From the NCBI RefSeq assembly GCF_018350175.1, contig NC_058368.1, positions 231,634,001 through 231,698,000 of the forward strand: a stretch of DNA of 64,000 nucleotides, read 5' to 3'. The translations under genes and the position numbers were made by a program. Positions 12,862-24,689 of this stretch are shown here, piece after piece; position 1 is the stretch's first letter; the number at the start of each line of letters is the position of its first letter. The notes below the pieces were generated by a model. It ran no database searches. It had not been told where the DNA came from and worked only from the letters and a program-made list of their open reading frames with translations. The DNA is from Felis catus (taxonomy: Eukaryota).

Positions 12862-15800
12862 AAGAGACCGTCTTTTTCCCATTGGATATTCTTGCTTCCT
12901 TCGTTGAAGATGAACTGACCGTATAATTGTTGGCTTATTTCTGTGTTTTCTATTCTGTTCTGTTGATCTATGTGTCTGTTTTTCTGCCAATGCCACACTG
13001 TTTGGATCACCACAGCTTTGCAATATAACTTGAAGTCTGGAACTGTGATGCCTCCAGCTTTGGTTTTCTTTTTCAAGATTGCTTTGGCTATTTGGTGTCT
13101 TTTGTGGTGCCATACAGATTTTAGGATTGCTTGTTCTAGTTCTGTAAAAATGCTATTGGTATTTTGATAGGGATTTCATTGAAAGTGTAGGTTGCTTTGA
13201 GTAGTATAGACATTTGAACAATATTTGTTCTTCCTATCCAGGAGCATGGGATGTCTTTCCATTTCTTTGTGTCATCTTCAATTCCTTTCATCCGTGTTTT
13301 AGACTTTTCAGAGTAGAGGTCTTTCACCTTTTTGGTTAAGTTTATTCTTAGATATTTTATTATTTTTGGTGCAATTGTAAATGGGATTGTTTTCTTAATT
13401 TCTCTTTCTGCTGCTTCATAATTAGTGCATAGAAATGCAAGAGATTTCTGTACGTTGATCTTGTATCCTTCAGCTTTACTGAATTCATGATCAGTTCTAG
13501 AAGTTTTTGGTTGGAGTCTTTAGGGTTTTAGGAGCGCTTTTCCCCTAAGGTTAGGAACACAAAAGTGATGCCCACTCTCACCATTTTATTCAACATAGTA
13601 CTGGAAGCCCTAGCCGCAGCAATCAGACAACTGAAAGAAATAAAAGGCATCCAAATAGGAATGAAGAAGTAAAACTCTCATGATTTTCAGATAACATGAT
13701 ACTGTAAATGGATGGCACCTCTTTTGAGATGGTAGGTACGTTATGGGGATGATGGGAGGAGCTGGGCAGAAGGGTTGTGTCTGCCAACATGTTTTTGTTC
13801 TATTTACTTTAGAGGAGGAGGGGACAGAGGTTATTATCATGAAATCATGATACATATAAGACATTGAGATTTAGGGTACACAGGTGTGTGTGTATATGCA
13901 TGTGGTGTCCACACCATGGCCCTTATGCATGGGTTGGACAAGCAATAATTAACGAGGCCACACTTCTATTTTTCTTTTCTTCTTCATTTTGTCTCCATTT
14001 GATGAAGAAAACTTACAGAAAAATTTATCCTAGTTTTAGAACGCAAAATATTGTTATTTTTTACTTACAATTTCCACTCTGTTCTTCTCTAAAATACCCT
14101 ACCAGCTTTGAATGAGTTGAATGACATTCAGCTGAAATTAACCCACTGGTACAAAAGATTCACATTTCCCTCAGAGATGCAAGGCAAGACAAATAGAACT
14201 ATAATTACGTTTCCTTTTGGCTTCTATCTCCTCCTTTATTCCTTTTTTTTTTTTTTAAAGAGACAAAGATCTTAATAGAAGTGCTTCTCTCCTGTTGGAA
14301 ACTCTTTAAATTCCAAGAACTAACTCTGAAGGATTTTTAGGTCAAAGATAAGGGTCGGCCAGACTCGGTGAGCGACAACAACATAACTGGATGTCAGCAG
14401 GGATTACTCGGTGGCTTTGAGCCATATTAGGGATGCGGAGTGGGAGTGACTAGATACGGACCATTTGTACAGCTTCAGCGTCACTTGCTCAAGTTGATAC
14501 AATCGGTCATCCTTAAGCAGCCTGCAGGGTGAAGAGTCAAATGAAGTTCTGAAAATCAGCAGGTGTGTCTGGACAGTGCAAGTAGCCAGTTTAGATTAGG
14601 CAGGCAGAAGACTCCGGTTCAAGCCCCACATTTGGATCGGGCATGCATGTACCTCTCCGTATGTTTCTTCAACAAGAAACCATTGTGCTCTCTGGTCTAT
14701 CTTAGTTCCTCTGCAATATGAAGAGGCTGAACGAGATGGTCTCTTAGCTCCCTTTGAATGCTGATCACCCCACGATTCTGCCACCTCCTCACCCTGTGTG
14801 GCTGTCGACAGCCCTCCGCGGGCTTGCCACACGCCCGGCACGGCAGAATCGCCTGGATTGTACCACATTAAACTTGACAGTGTACATAAAGCATCTGCCA
14901 TCCAGGCACTCTTGGTCAAATTGCTGTCATTCTGCAGAGTCTAATGCAGAGGGCCGCACGATCGCAAGAAACCCTGGACGAGAACTCCATCTTTAACAAC
15001 GTGGGCTGCACGTGGCGGGAGAAGTCTGCTCCCTGCTTTGGCATCAGCACCATTTGCTCAAGTGCAGACACTCTCTAGGGGCCTCTTTCAGACTTGATTG
15101 TTTGTAAGGAGTTCTGACAGCGTCTCTTGTGGAAGTTGCTGGAAAGAGTAGCCCCAGGATTGCTTAGCACACAGGAGATGCTAGGTCCTTAATTGTCTCG
15201 GAAGACAGTCAAGGAATAAATTACCAGGTTCTGGTATTTCTGAAGTGTCACTGCCATTTGGCTACTGAGCTTGCAAGAAATTGATTAGGGTGGGCAGCAA
15301 ACGTTTGCAGCGATGTGTTACGGGGCCTTGTAATCTCTCAGAGGGAAGGGTTTCCTCTGTAGGACCACTTGTAGAAACTGAGTATCTTCTGTTTCTTTCA
15401 GGCTGCAAAAAAAATAATGTGGCTACTAGGCTACCTTTAGGTTACTTGGCTTCCTACAATGAGGGCAAAGAGGAAAAATGGAAACATTTATAAACGCCAT
15501 ATAAGATGCGACTAATTCTCCATTGCCCCTTTTCCCCATAGTGTTCTTTTTTAAGCTTTTGGGGGCTGTCATCGACAGAACAAATTTTCTCTTGCATGTG
15601 TGTATGCCTGCCAAGACTGTACATTTCTCAAGATTATAATAAATGAGTAACTGATACATGCTGCGTAACGCCGTCCTGCTTCCTGACTTCACCTCCTACT
15701 CATTTGCCGTCTGTGATTTCCAGCGACTGGCCTAGGTGATGGGAACCCAAATTGAATGGGGCAGTCTCTGCTTTTATGGTGTTTGCTGAAGTCCGGTGGA

Positions 15801-16732
15801 GACACAGGCACCAAAACAGATCATTAAATGCAATCCAGTGGGTCCACACCTTAGGGGATCATAGGGAAGCTTCACTGGGATGGGCCTTTTAAGGTTGAAT
15901 TGCCGAGAATCAGCAAGAGTCATTTAGGGAGCGTTTCCTGGAAGAGGGAAGGCATCAGCAAAGCAACAGAGGAGAAACGTGTGGTGTATGTGGGGGAAAG
16001 TTCGGTTCTGCAGCAGGAAAGCACAGGGAAGAATCAGAGAGAAGGCTGAAGACCAGGGCTGAGAACAGCCCATAGAAGGCTGTGTTGCCACATAAGGAAA
16101 TTACTTCTCATTCTCAATTTCATTTTATTGCACAGACAGCCCTTCTAAGTTTTAGCAGTTTTAATCCCTTGCAATTGAATCTTCTAGCGATGTGGGTCTC
16201 AGCCCCTGCCGACTCCAAGTCACATGCAGAGCTTTAGAGATGCTTAATGCTCAGTGTGTTCAGTACCAAGTGGTCAAGATGCAGGCTTCGGTACTCTTAT
16301 AACTTCCCAGGCGGTTACAGTGTTTAGCCCAGGCTCAGAACCACGTTACCGTCCGCTATCTGAGGGTAAGAAACGTAAACTCTAGGCACCACTTAATTAC
16401 CTTTGAAATTCACATCCCTTCCTCTTTGTGATTCTCCCTGGTCACTCTGTGCACCATCACGGTCGCGCATAAATTGATTGACAATTAAAGAAACATACAC
16501 TGCAGTATACTTTCATATGGGTGTTTTTGTCAAAGGCTCCCAATAATCTTTCTAGAAAATGCACTCCTAGAAGTGGCGGAGTCCTGGTATAATTTCATAG
16601 GCCACCGCTGTCCTCCCCCGATTCAGTGCCCGAAATCCCAGGCTTCTGTCTCTCTTACCACTCACCTCCCGATGATTTACTGCCCTGCCATGTGTGAGTC
16701 GTTTCTCTTGTGTCCTTAGAAATTAGACTTTT

Positions 16733-16939
16733 GGGGTGCCTGGGTGGCTCAGTCGGTTGAGCGTCTGAGTCTTGATTTCGGCTCAGGTCATGATCTCAAG
16801 GTCGTGGGATGGAGCCCCTGTCCAGCTCTGCACTGAGCACGGAGCCTGCTTAAGATTCTTTCTCTCCCTCTCTCTCTACCCCTCCCCTGCTCATGCTTTC
16901 TCTCTTTCTCTGAAAATAAGTAAACAAACATTGACAAAA
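16733..16939 (+). mobile_element. Can-SINE (older subfamily)
   Basis: TCTTGATTTCGGCTCAGG variant head; TSD AGAAATTAGAC at 16718-16728 and 16940-16950. Confidence 0.92.
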
Positions 16940-17384
16940 AGAAATTAGACATTCCTGTGTGACACATCTGACTCGAAAGCCAAGTCGCCAATTCTAAATA
17001 AGCAAAGAGGAGTTAGACCAGTTCTCTGGGTTGCTAAAATTCTGTAAATCTTTGGTCTGTTTCATCACGTTGTCTATTTTTAATGGTCGTGAGACTTTGG
17101 AGACTGGGTTCGGGAACAACCACATCTAGGCTTTCCAAGTGAATTCTAGCAAAAGAGACGCTATTTCTCTTATGAAAACAGATGTGGAGGAGAGAGATGG
17201 TCTTGGGAGATCAATAGATCAGGGTTGGAATTCTGAATCTGACCAGCAAGCTACATGGGTTAGTGCTCACCCCTCAGAGCCCTGTCCTTGGCTATAGAAG
17301 CATTTAATGCTGTCGGGCTGCTATGGTGACTTATGTAGAATGTTGACCATTAGTCTCTGGGACCCGAAAATGTCAGTGTTGGGC

Positions 17385-17574
17385 TTTTTCTGCTTCTTCA
17401 TTTTTGTTTTTATTTTAGAGAGAGAAAGAGAGCGCAAGCAGAAGAGAGGGGCAGAGGGAGAGAGGGAATCTTAAGCAGGCTCTAGCTTCAGCGTGGAGCT
17501 CAACGACCCTGAGATCATGACCTGAGCCGAAATCAACAGTCAGACGCTCAACCAACTGAGCCGTCCAGGGGCCC
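17385..17574 (-). mobile_element. Can-SINE (older, internally deleted)
   Basis: GA tract plus GAGATCATGACCTGAGCCGAAATCAA; flanking TGTCAGTGT repeat. Confidence 0.85.
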
Positions 17575-18169
17575 TGTGTCAGTGTCCTTTTTAAGCAGCA
17601 GTAAGATTATGTATGTGATACCAGTTCTACTGGAGTTGGAGTTTCTGGAAAATGCTTCACTCACAAGGCAGAGACACGCATGCTTATTGAACAGCCATCG
17701 TATCTCAGGTTGCATGCTAGCCTCACATAAACAAGGGTGATGGACGAGAGCTCCTGTCTCCAAGTATCTGAAGATAATCACTGTTAATTTTCAGCTAATG
17801 CCCAAACTGCAGAATGTATTATATAACCATTAAAAATAGTGATTTGGAGGCTTGTTGGGTAGCTTGGATAACTTCTGCCGGATGTTACTGTGTGAGAAAA
17901 GCAAGATTCAGAAAAGGCATAGAAAATACTCTTTTTATTTGTTTGTTTGTTTTTTAAACAGTGACAAAACCGTGTGGAGATGGGCGTTCACATAATGAGT
18001 AAATGCCTGTGAAGATGTGTGCCGGAACCAGTAAGTAGAGGCAGACAGACAGACACCCACTTCCAGGCCTCAGCTTAGCTGGCCTGGTGGGGTGGGGGGA
18101 GGGGGGAACTCAACACGAGGTGTTAGGGAGGGTGACAAGCGTGGGCAGGATGAGCTCTCTTTCGGGTAA

Positions 18170-18171
<2 letters not shown>

Positions 18172-18206
<35 letters not shown>
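18172..18206. repeat. (TG)n microsatellite
   Basis: About 17 perfect TG units. Confidence 0.95.
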
Positions 18207-18207
<1 letters not shown>

Positions 18208-18258
18208 TTTTTCAGAAAGAGATGTAGTCATTTGTCATTGTTGAAAAAGATGTAGCTC

Positions 18259-18484
18259 TTTTTTTTTTAACTCTTTTTTAATGTTTATTTATTTTAGAGA
18301 GAGGGAGAGTGAGTGTGGGGAGGGGCAGAGAGAGAGTGAGACACAGAATCCGAAGCAGGCTCCAGGCCCTGAGCTGTCAGCACAGAGCCCGACACGGGGC
18401 TCGAAACTCACCCACCCAGAGATCATGACTTGAGCTGAAGTCGGACTCTCAACCGACGGAGCCCCCCCCCCCCCCCAGGCACCC
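18259..18484 (-). mobile_element. Can-SINE with an expanded C tract in its head
   Basis: TSD AGATGTAG(G)CTCTT; C15 run at ~18462-18476. Confidence 0.92.
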
Positions 18485-18518
18485 TGAGATGTAGGCTCTT
18501 TAATTCAACACGAGAGGC

Positions 18519-18917
18519 TGTCATGGGCTGAATTATATCTCCCAAAAAAGATACATTGAAGTCCTAACTTCCAGTACGCCCGTCTGTGACCTTATTTGGA
18601 GATAAGGTCATTGCCGATGTAATTAGTTAATGTGACACGTCCCCACGTGAAGACAGATGCTCACAAAGAGGCACCACATGAAGACGAGGACAGACGTGAT
18701 GCTGGGACAGCAAGGGAATGGCAGTCACTGGAACCACCAGGAGCTGGAAGGGGCAGGAAGGACCCTCCCCCAGCGCCTTCAGAGGGAGTTTGGCCTTGGC
18801 CCTGCCCACACCTTGATTTTGGACTTAAGCCTCCAGGACTGTGAAAGAATAAACTTCCACTGTTCTAAATCACAATGTTGTGACACCTTGTTACCACAGT
18901 CCTGGGAACTGAATATA
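18519..18917 (+). mobile_element. MLT1B/C-like MaLR solo LTR
   Basis: TGTCATGGGCTGAAT...TTGAAGTCCTAAC...CCTTATTTGGAGATAAGGTC...AGAATAAACTTCCACTGTT. Confidence 0.8.
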
Positions 18918-19559
18918 GACACAATTCTTGATGGTGTTTTATAACCTGACTTTTTTATGTAACAAAATGTTTCCATGTCATTAAAGCTTCGGCTACAGTA
19001 TCCAAGATGGAGTTTTACATCTACTCTGAAAGTACGACTGCATTTTGTATCCTGTAAACTGACCTTATCGAGTAAACCTGACCTGGCCGCTCCCGTCGGC
19101 TTCTCGAGGGCAGGCTGGAGATCTGGAGTTGGGGCCTTTTCACAGACGCTTAAACCCACGGCTAGGACCCTGTGCTGCGCCCACGGGCCGTGTCCTCATT
19201 TCTCCTTTGCGGGCATGGAGTGCTGGGCTCTCTCCAAGCCTCACGCTAGGTGCTGAGGATACCACACAGGCCACGGTGTCGCACGTGTGCCCTGGCACGT
19301 GGGTTCTTGGGACACTTGGCCAGAGCAGCGAGGCCCAAGCCGGCACAGGAGCCTTGGACCTTCGAGAGGTCTTGGGACTGAGCAGGAATCTGTGTGGACA
19401 GACCTGGACCCGCTGACAGCCCAGGGGGTCAAGGGCTCTCCCTTCCCCAGAGCAAGCCCTGAAGACCAGAGCAAGGAAGTTTCTGGCGAGCCTGTTTGGA
19501 TGGATGCTCAGACTCAAAATTATATTTATTTATAGAAAATTAAGAACTGATGTTCATAG

Positions 19560-19800
19560 TGGACTCTTCTATGGCACAAAACAGTACTACCTATATTCTT
19601 ACATGTATTAACTTACTTAACTTCATGATATGCTAATGCCCTACACACTGTTATCCTCCTCATCTCACAGATGTTTAAAACTGAAGCACAGACAGGCTAA
19701 GCCACTGGCCCGAGGCCACGGAGCCAGTAGGAGACAGAGCTGGGAATTTGAATGCAGGCAGTCTGGCTGCAGGGGCTAGGTTTACACCCGCTTGGCTACG
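19560..19800 (-). mobile_element. MIR SINE
   Basis: CATCTCACAGATG..AAAACTGAAGCACAGA..GGCTAAG..GCCCGAGGCCAC..GAATTTGAATGCAGGCAGTCTGGCT core. Confidence 0.7.
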
Positions 19801-20242
19801 TGTCTTTGAACAATATTCTGGACTTTTTGATCTGATAACATACGGTGTTGGTCTTCACATTTTAAAGGGGTAGAAATAACCAAGAGGAAAAAAAAATGGA
19901 ATCGTCTTATAACGTTAAAAAGGTACAAAAATACTTTTACTCTAGAGGAAATCAGGTTGAAAAGTTATTCAGTAATTTGAAGTGCCTTCGTGCAAAGGAG
20001 AGGGTATGGGCTTGAGGAGTGCAGTCAGACACGAGGAAGGACTTTCTGGGGGGGGGCAGGGTCAAAGGTCATCAAGTAGGACCTGGCCCTCCCCCCGCCC
20101 CACCTCTGCAGCCCAGCTTCCATCTGGTTCTGGAAGGAACGAGTCTGGCCAGGGCTCTTAGGAGCAGCTCCTGCTTCCAGAACCGGTTTGGTCAATGGAT
20201 GTTACTGCCTTGCTTCATAGGCACCGAGTTAAAGCAGCATCA

Positions 20243-20354
20243 TCATTGAGGAGGGCACCTGTTGGGATGAGCACTGGGTGTTGAATGGAAACCGATGTGG
20301 CGATAAATTTCACATTAAAAAAAAAATAAAAAATAAAAAAATAAAAATAAAAAA
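20243..20354 (+). mobile_element. Tiny L1 3'-terminal fragment with poly(A)
   Basis: Matches 5095-5170 of the young L1 in this window (GGGCACCT.TTGGGATGAGCACTGGGTGTTG...ATAAATTTCA); no clear TSD. Confidence 0.85.
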
Positions 20355-21449
20355 GTAAATACATTGGATGAGGTGAAAACAAACGAGCAAACAAAAGATT
20401 GCCTCTCCAGATGCCCGCGTGAGAGGGTCTAAGCGTGTGAGGAGTGACACAGTGTCTTAATGATTCCTTTAGGTAAAGGGGAGCTAGGCCAATGCGGGCA
20501 TTTAAATGGCTGGATTTAAAAGTTAATGAAGTGCTGAGAAGCCAACAGGCGCAGACAAGGAGAAGGCAGCGGGGCTGCAGCGATTTTGATGAGGACCGGA
20601 CAGGCCCCCCGCGCAGCCAGCAGGGGAGAGAGAGAGAGAGAGAGAGCAGTCTGCAAACCACACCACCGCCTGCTGCCTGTCAGCTCCAGCAGCCCCCCCC
20701 CCCCCCCCCCCAGAGAGCCAGCCGGGCCTGTGACCTCCTTGCTTGGAAGTTCCTGCCTCCCCAGCTGTCCTCATTCGGAGAGCTCGTCCTGGCTTTGATC
20801 GAAGCTTGTAAAATGCTAGCCCTTTTGCCCCATTCGTTCCCAGATAAGAATCTCTCCCTCTTTCCCCCAAAGGCCGTGTTTTTCTAAGCAGGAATCTTTT
20901 TCCTTGACGATGCAACACTGAGTTCCGGCATTAGAAGGGAGGGCAAAACCCTAATTGCCTTTCAGCGTGTGTGGAAGTCACAGATGAGGGCGACGTGAAT
21001 TCTGTCACACTGAACGTTTAGTCTCCAGCGAATGCGCGCACGGGTGACAAAGCCAAGGTCCCGGTGACTGGAGACAGAGCGGTGGATAGATCCGGAGTTC
21101 TAAAGTGATGCCTGGCTTGGCTCGGAGTGGCTTCTCCGATTCGTCCGAGGCCGGAGTGTTCAGGCCAGGCATTACTAGGCTGGGGGGACCTTCTCCCATT
21201 CCGTCTGGGATGCAGAATGCCTGCCTGGGAGAAGTCAGCTTCTTGTGGTCATTCGGTGGTGAAGGGGGACGGGCAGGGCCGGGGTCCTCTGCCAACTGGT
21301 GCTGTTGAAAACAGTGCTCATTTCGGAATCCTCCGGAAACCAGCAGAGCCCAGCCCACTGTGTCCGGGGTAAGAGGGTGATGGGATAGTGTAAGTGGTAG
21401 GACCTGGCCCCCTTTCCTCTCTGAAGACCCCCGTCGGTCAGAGAAGCTA

Positions 21450-21789
21450 TGCCACTGTCCGAATGCCTACGTCCCCCCGGAATCCCGCGCTGAAATCCTG
21501 ACCCCACAGGTGACGGTGGTAGGAAGTGGGGCCTTTGAGAGGTGCTTGGGTCATGAGGGTGGAGCCTCATGAATGGGATTGGTGCCTTTATGAAAGAGGC
21601 CCTAGAAAGATCCCTCACCTCTGTAAGGGTGATGTAAGGACACAGTGAGACATCTGCAACTCAGAAGAGGGCCGTCGCGGGACCGTGCTGGCGCCCCGAT
21701 CTCGGGCATCCGGACTCCAGGACTGTGAGTTGTTTGTAAGCCCCGCGGGCTGTAGTGTTTTGTTACAGCAGCACGGATGGACTGAGACA
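21450..21789 (+). mobile_element. MLT1A0-like MaLR solo LTR
   Basis: TG...GACA termini, GGTCATGAGGGTGGAGCCTCATGAATGGGATT core, 5-bp TSD AGCTA/AGCTC. Confidence 0.85.
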
Positions 21790-21989
21790 AGCTCCTGACG
21801 CCTCCACAGAGATTGGTGCCTGCCGGCCATCAGGGCCTGTATGAGGGCCCGCGTGACAGGGACGGCAGCTCGTCCTCAAGGAGCTCACGCCCAAGTGCAA
21901 GAGAGAGACCAGGACTAAGTGTGCGGAGAAGACACAGTCACACAGGACCCGCTCAGCCCACACGTGCTCGTGTCCTTCTGCGCATGGGG

Positions 21990-22850
21990 GAGACATCGTG
22001 TCAAGAGCCGAGAGACATCTGTCTGCGTTCTGTGGGGAAGAGCTAGACACACAGCGGCTGTAACGGGTACACACGGTGCCGAGACGGCCGTGAACCCCAG
22101 GAGAAGTTAGGGCAGGGTGAGGATGGTGGGGGGCTGGGCTGGAGCGTGTTCAGGTGACGTACACGCTCAGGGAGTCTTGGTGAGAAAAGACATTCAGGCA
22201 AAGACTTGAAGGAGGCAGGGAGTCAGCATGTGGGTACGTGGAGAAGAACGTCCGCGGCCGAGGGAACACTCTGGGGTCTGAGCCCTGGAGTGCACCTGCC
22301 GTGTTTAAGGAACACCAGGGCTCAGTGTGGTCAGAGTGGCTCACGTGGAGGGGAGAGGTCGGTGGGGTCAGTGAGGAAAGGGGGAAGCTCCTGTTAAGTC
22401 TGGGGGTGCCACGCAGAGGCCTTTGGCTCTTATTCCGGATTCCACATGAGGTGCAGTCTGGTCCAGAGCAAAGGGATGGCTAGCTTGGGTTGCACGTGAG
22501 GAGGAGTTCATATTGGGAGCCCCCGATTCAGAAGCTGTTGCAGCAATCGGGGGAGAGGTGACGTGGCCGGGGGCAGAGGTGGAAGCCGAGGAGGGCATAG
22601 GGAAGAAGGGAGAGCCCACAGGACTTGATTATGGGGCGCGAAGGAGAGACTCACAGGCTTTAAGAACAAGGCTGGAAGGATGGAGTTGCCGCTAAATGAG
22701 AGGGAATCTGCCGGTAAGATTCAGCCTCGAAGAGATCCTTGTGTTGGATATCCAAGTGGAGGTACCGAGCAGGCAGGTGGATACACAAGTCTGGGTTCAG
22801 GAAAGTGATCTGGATGCAAAATATGAATTTGGGGGTCATGGCACATGGAT
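21990..22850 (+). mobile_element. L2 fragments
   Basis: Purine-rich L2-like motifs (GAAAAGACATTCAGGCAAAGACTTGAAGGA, ATCCAAGTGGAGG..GAGCAGGCAG.TGGATA). Confidence 0.6.
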
Positions 22851-22854
22851 GGTA

Positions 22855-23225
22855 TGATCGTTAGTTTTCATCGAATACTCCCAAGGTATTGCTATGAAGG
22901 TATTTTGTAGGGGCGCCTGGGTGGCTCAGTCGGTTAAGTGTCTGACTCTTGATCTCAGCTCAACTCTTGATCTCAGGGTTGTGAGTTCAAGCCCCTCGCT
23001 GGGCATGAAGCCTACTTAAAAAAAAAATAGAAGAAAGGAAGGAAGGATTTTGTAGATATGATTAGATGTAGATGTGGTCAAATCGATTAACCTTGAGTGA
23101 AGGAAGTTACCCTTGACACAGTGGGTGGGCCTTGTCTGAGCAGTTGAAGGCCTTAAGAGCAGACACTGAGGTTTTTCAGAGAAGAAGTTCTGCTTCCAGA
23201 CTGCAGCATCGATGCCTGCCTGGAG
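22855..23225 (+). mobile_element. MLT2 (ERVL) LTR fragment split by a SINE
   Basis: GTGGGTGGGCCTTGTCTGAGCAGTTGAAGGCCTTAAGAGCAGACACTGAGGTTT; resembles 60123-60506. Confidence 0.7.
22910..23028 (+). mobile_element. Short Can-SINE lacking the (CT)n tract
   Basis: tRNA-like head directly followed by poly(A); TSD GAAGG(T)ATTTTGTAG. Confidence 0.85.
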
Positions 23226-23481
23226 GTCAATTGATTTTTTGGGGGGTGGGGGGTGGGGGGGAAGATGAGATGACTAACATCAGGTTTCAATGTGGATGGG
23301 AATGAACTCATAGAAAGGATGGAGTTGGGAATACAAGAGAGGAAGGTGGCCTGGCTGGAGCAGGGCTCCAGAGGGGTGTAGGTTGGCCTTGATCTCTGCT
23401 GGAGCAACGCCCTTGAGTAGGTCAGGGGGGCGAAGCACGCAGGAAGGTCAGCCTTTGATGGAAATGTGTCTCTATCTCTAG

Positions 23482-23672
23482 CAGTAGTTGTCAAATTTGC
23501 AAGTGCCTCCAAATTCACCCAAAGGCTTGTTAAAACACAGAGTTTGGGGCTCCACCCCAGAGTTTTTAGGCCTGTGATGTGACCTGTAGATTTGCATTTC
23601 TTCCAAGTTCCCAGCGGACCCTGATGCTGCCGTTCCAGGACCACCGTCTGAGGACCACCGACCGACAGTGAG
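23482..23672. mobile_element. MER5A-like hAT-Charlie MITE
   Basis: GCTTGTTAAAACACAGA...CCACCCCAGAGTTT...TTTGCATTTCT..CAAGTTCCCAG..GATGCTGC..GGACCAC. Confidence 0.75.
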
Positions 23673-24689
23673 TAGATGGGAGGCAGGATGTGGAAACCCA
23701 GATGCATGACGGAAGAGGGCTGTGGTTGGGGGCAATTTCCCAGTCAAGCAGAAGGCCAGGCCGCTAACTGCAAAGGGGGAGAAATGGTTGTGGGTGCCTG
23801 AGGAGAGAGGAAAAGCTGGGGAAATAGTCACCGAGGAGAAATGGGAGAGAGAGTGAACCACGGTTGACACATCACATGTTTGACATCACTATGGTCCACT
23901 GGAGCCTGTCCGTCATGAATTCCAGGTGAGACCAGGCAACGTGCTGTGGTTTTTGCCCAGCTGCATCCGGTTGGCAGAGGCCTGGATTTCAGAGCAGTGG
24001 CGTGGCTGAGCAAGTATGAAAAAGCATGAGGGCAAGAGAGTCGAGGATACAGGCAGAGAAAAATGGCGGCGACCGCACAAGGAAGGGAGCTGAGAAAGGG
24101 TGGGCGAGAAGGAAGGTGGGGAGGGACGGAGGGAGGACAGGTGGTGGCTGAAGCTGCTGGGAGGGGAGGGCCAGGGAGCCAAGCCAGAGGCCCTGGGCTG
24201 GATGCACCGTGTCTGCAAATATTAAAACTGCCCGGAATGAAACAGGAGTGAGTGGTTTGGGTGAGGGACTCTGACTTCGGCAGAGAACTTCTAGAAATGA
24301 CAGGAGGAGTGGGCAGCCTCCCGTCAGTGGGGAATACGGTTGGCGGCATGGGATTCAAAGTCGGCAGGCTGTAAGGAGGGGAGAGGGATTGAGCCCAACA
24401 ACACACAGCAGAGACGTAGAGACAGTGCCGGGGACGGGGACAGGATAGCAGAGTCCAGGCACGTTCCTCTGGGCAAAGGACACCCACGCAGAGGCCTGGA
24501 CGCAGGAAGACGCCGGCCTCGTGAAGACCACAGGTGAAACATTCGGACAGACAGAGGGATAGGCTCCAAGGAGGGATGCAGCTGGCGTGGGCAGGAAAAC
24601 ACGCGAAGGAGGGAGAGCGTGCTGGGAGGGTCGTGAGCCAGGCAGGCCCCGCAGCAGACGCAGTCAGATGGTCCGAGACAGTGCGGAGA

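Larger units (their letters stand above)
11163..13708 (-). mobile_element. Carnivore LINE-1 with twin-priming 5' inversion (13531-13708 inverted)
   Basis: Minus-strand ORF2 remnants (ORFs 12834-13076, 13136-13327) and 3'UTR. Degenerate TSD TGGATGGCCACCCTTTT (11150-11166) / TGGATGGCACCTCTTTT (13709-13725). Confidence 0.9.

Noticed and set aside
20492..20918. Overlapping 131-aa ORFs with poly-Pro/Gly and ER repeats
   Set aside because: The repeats are translations of the (GA)n and C19 tracts.
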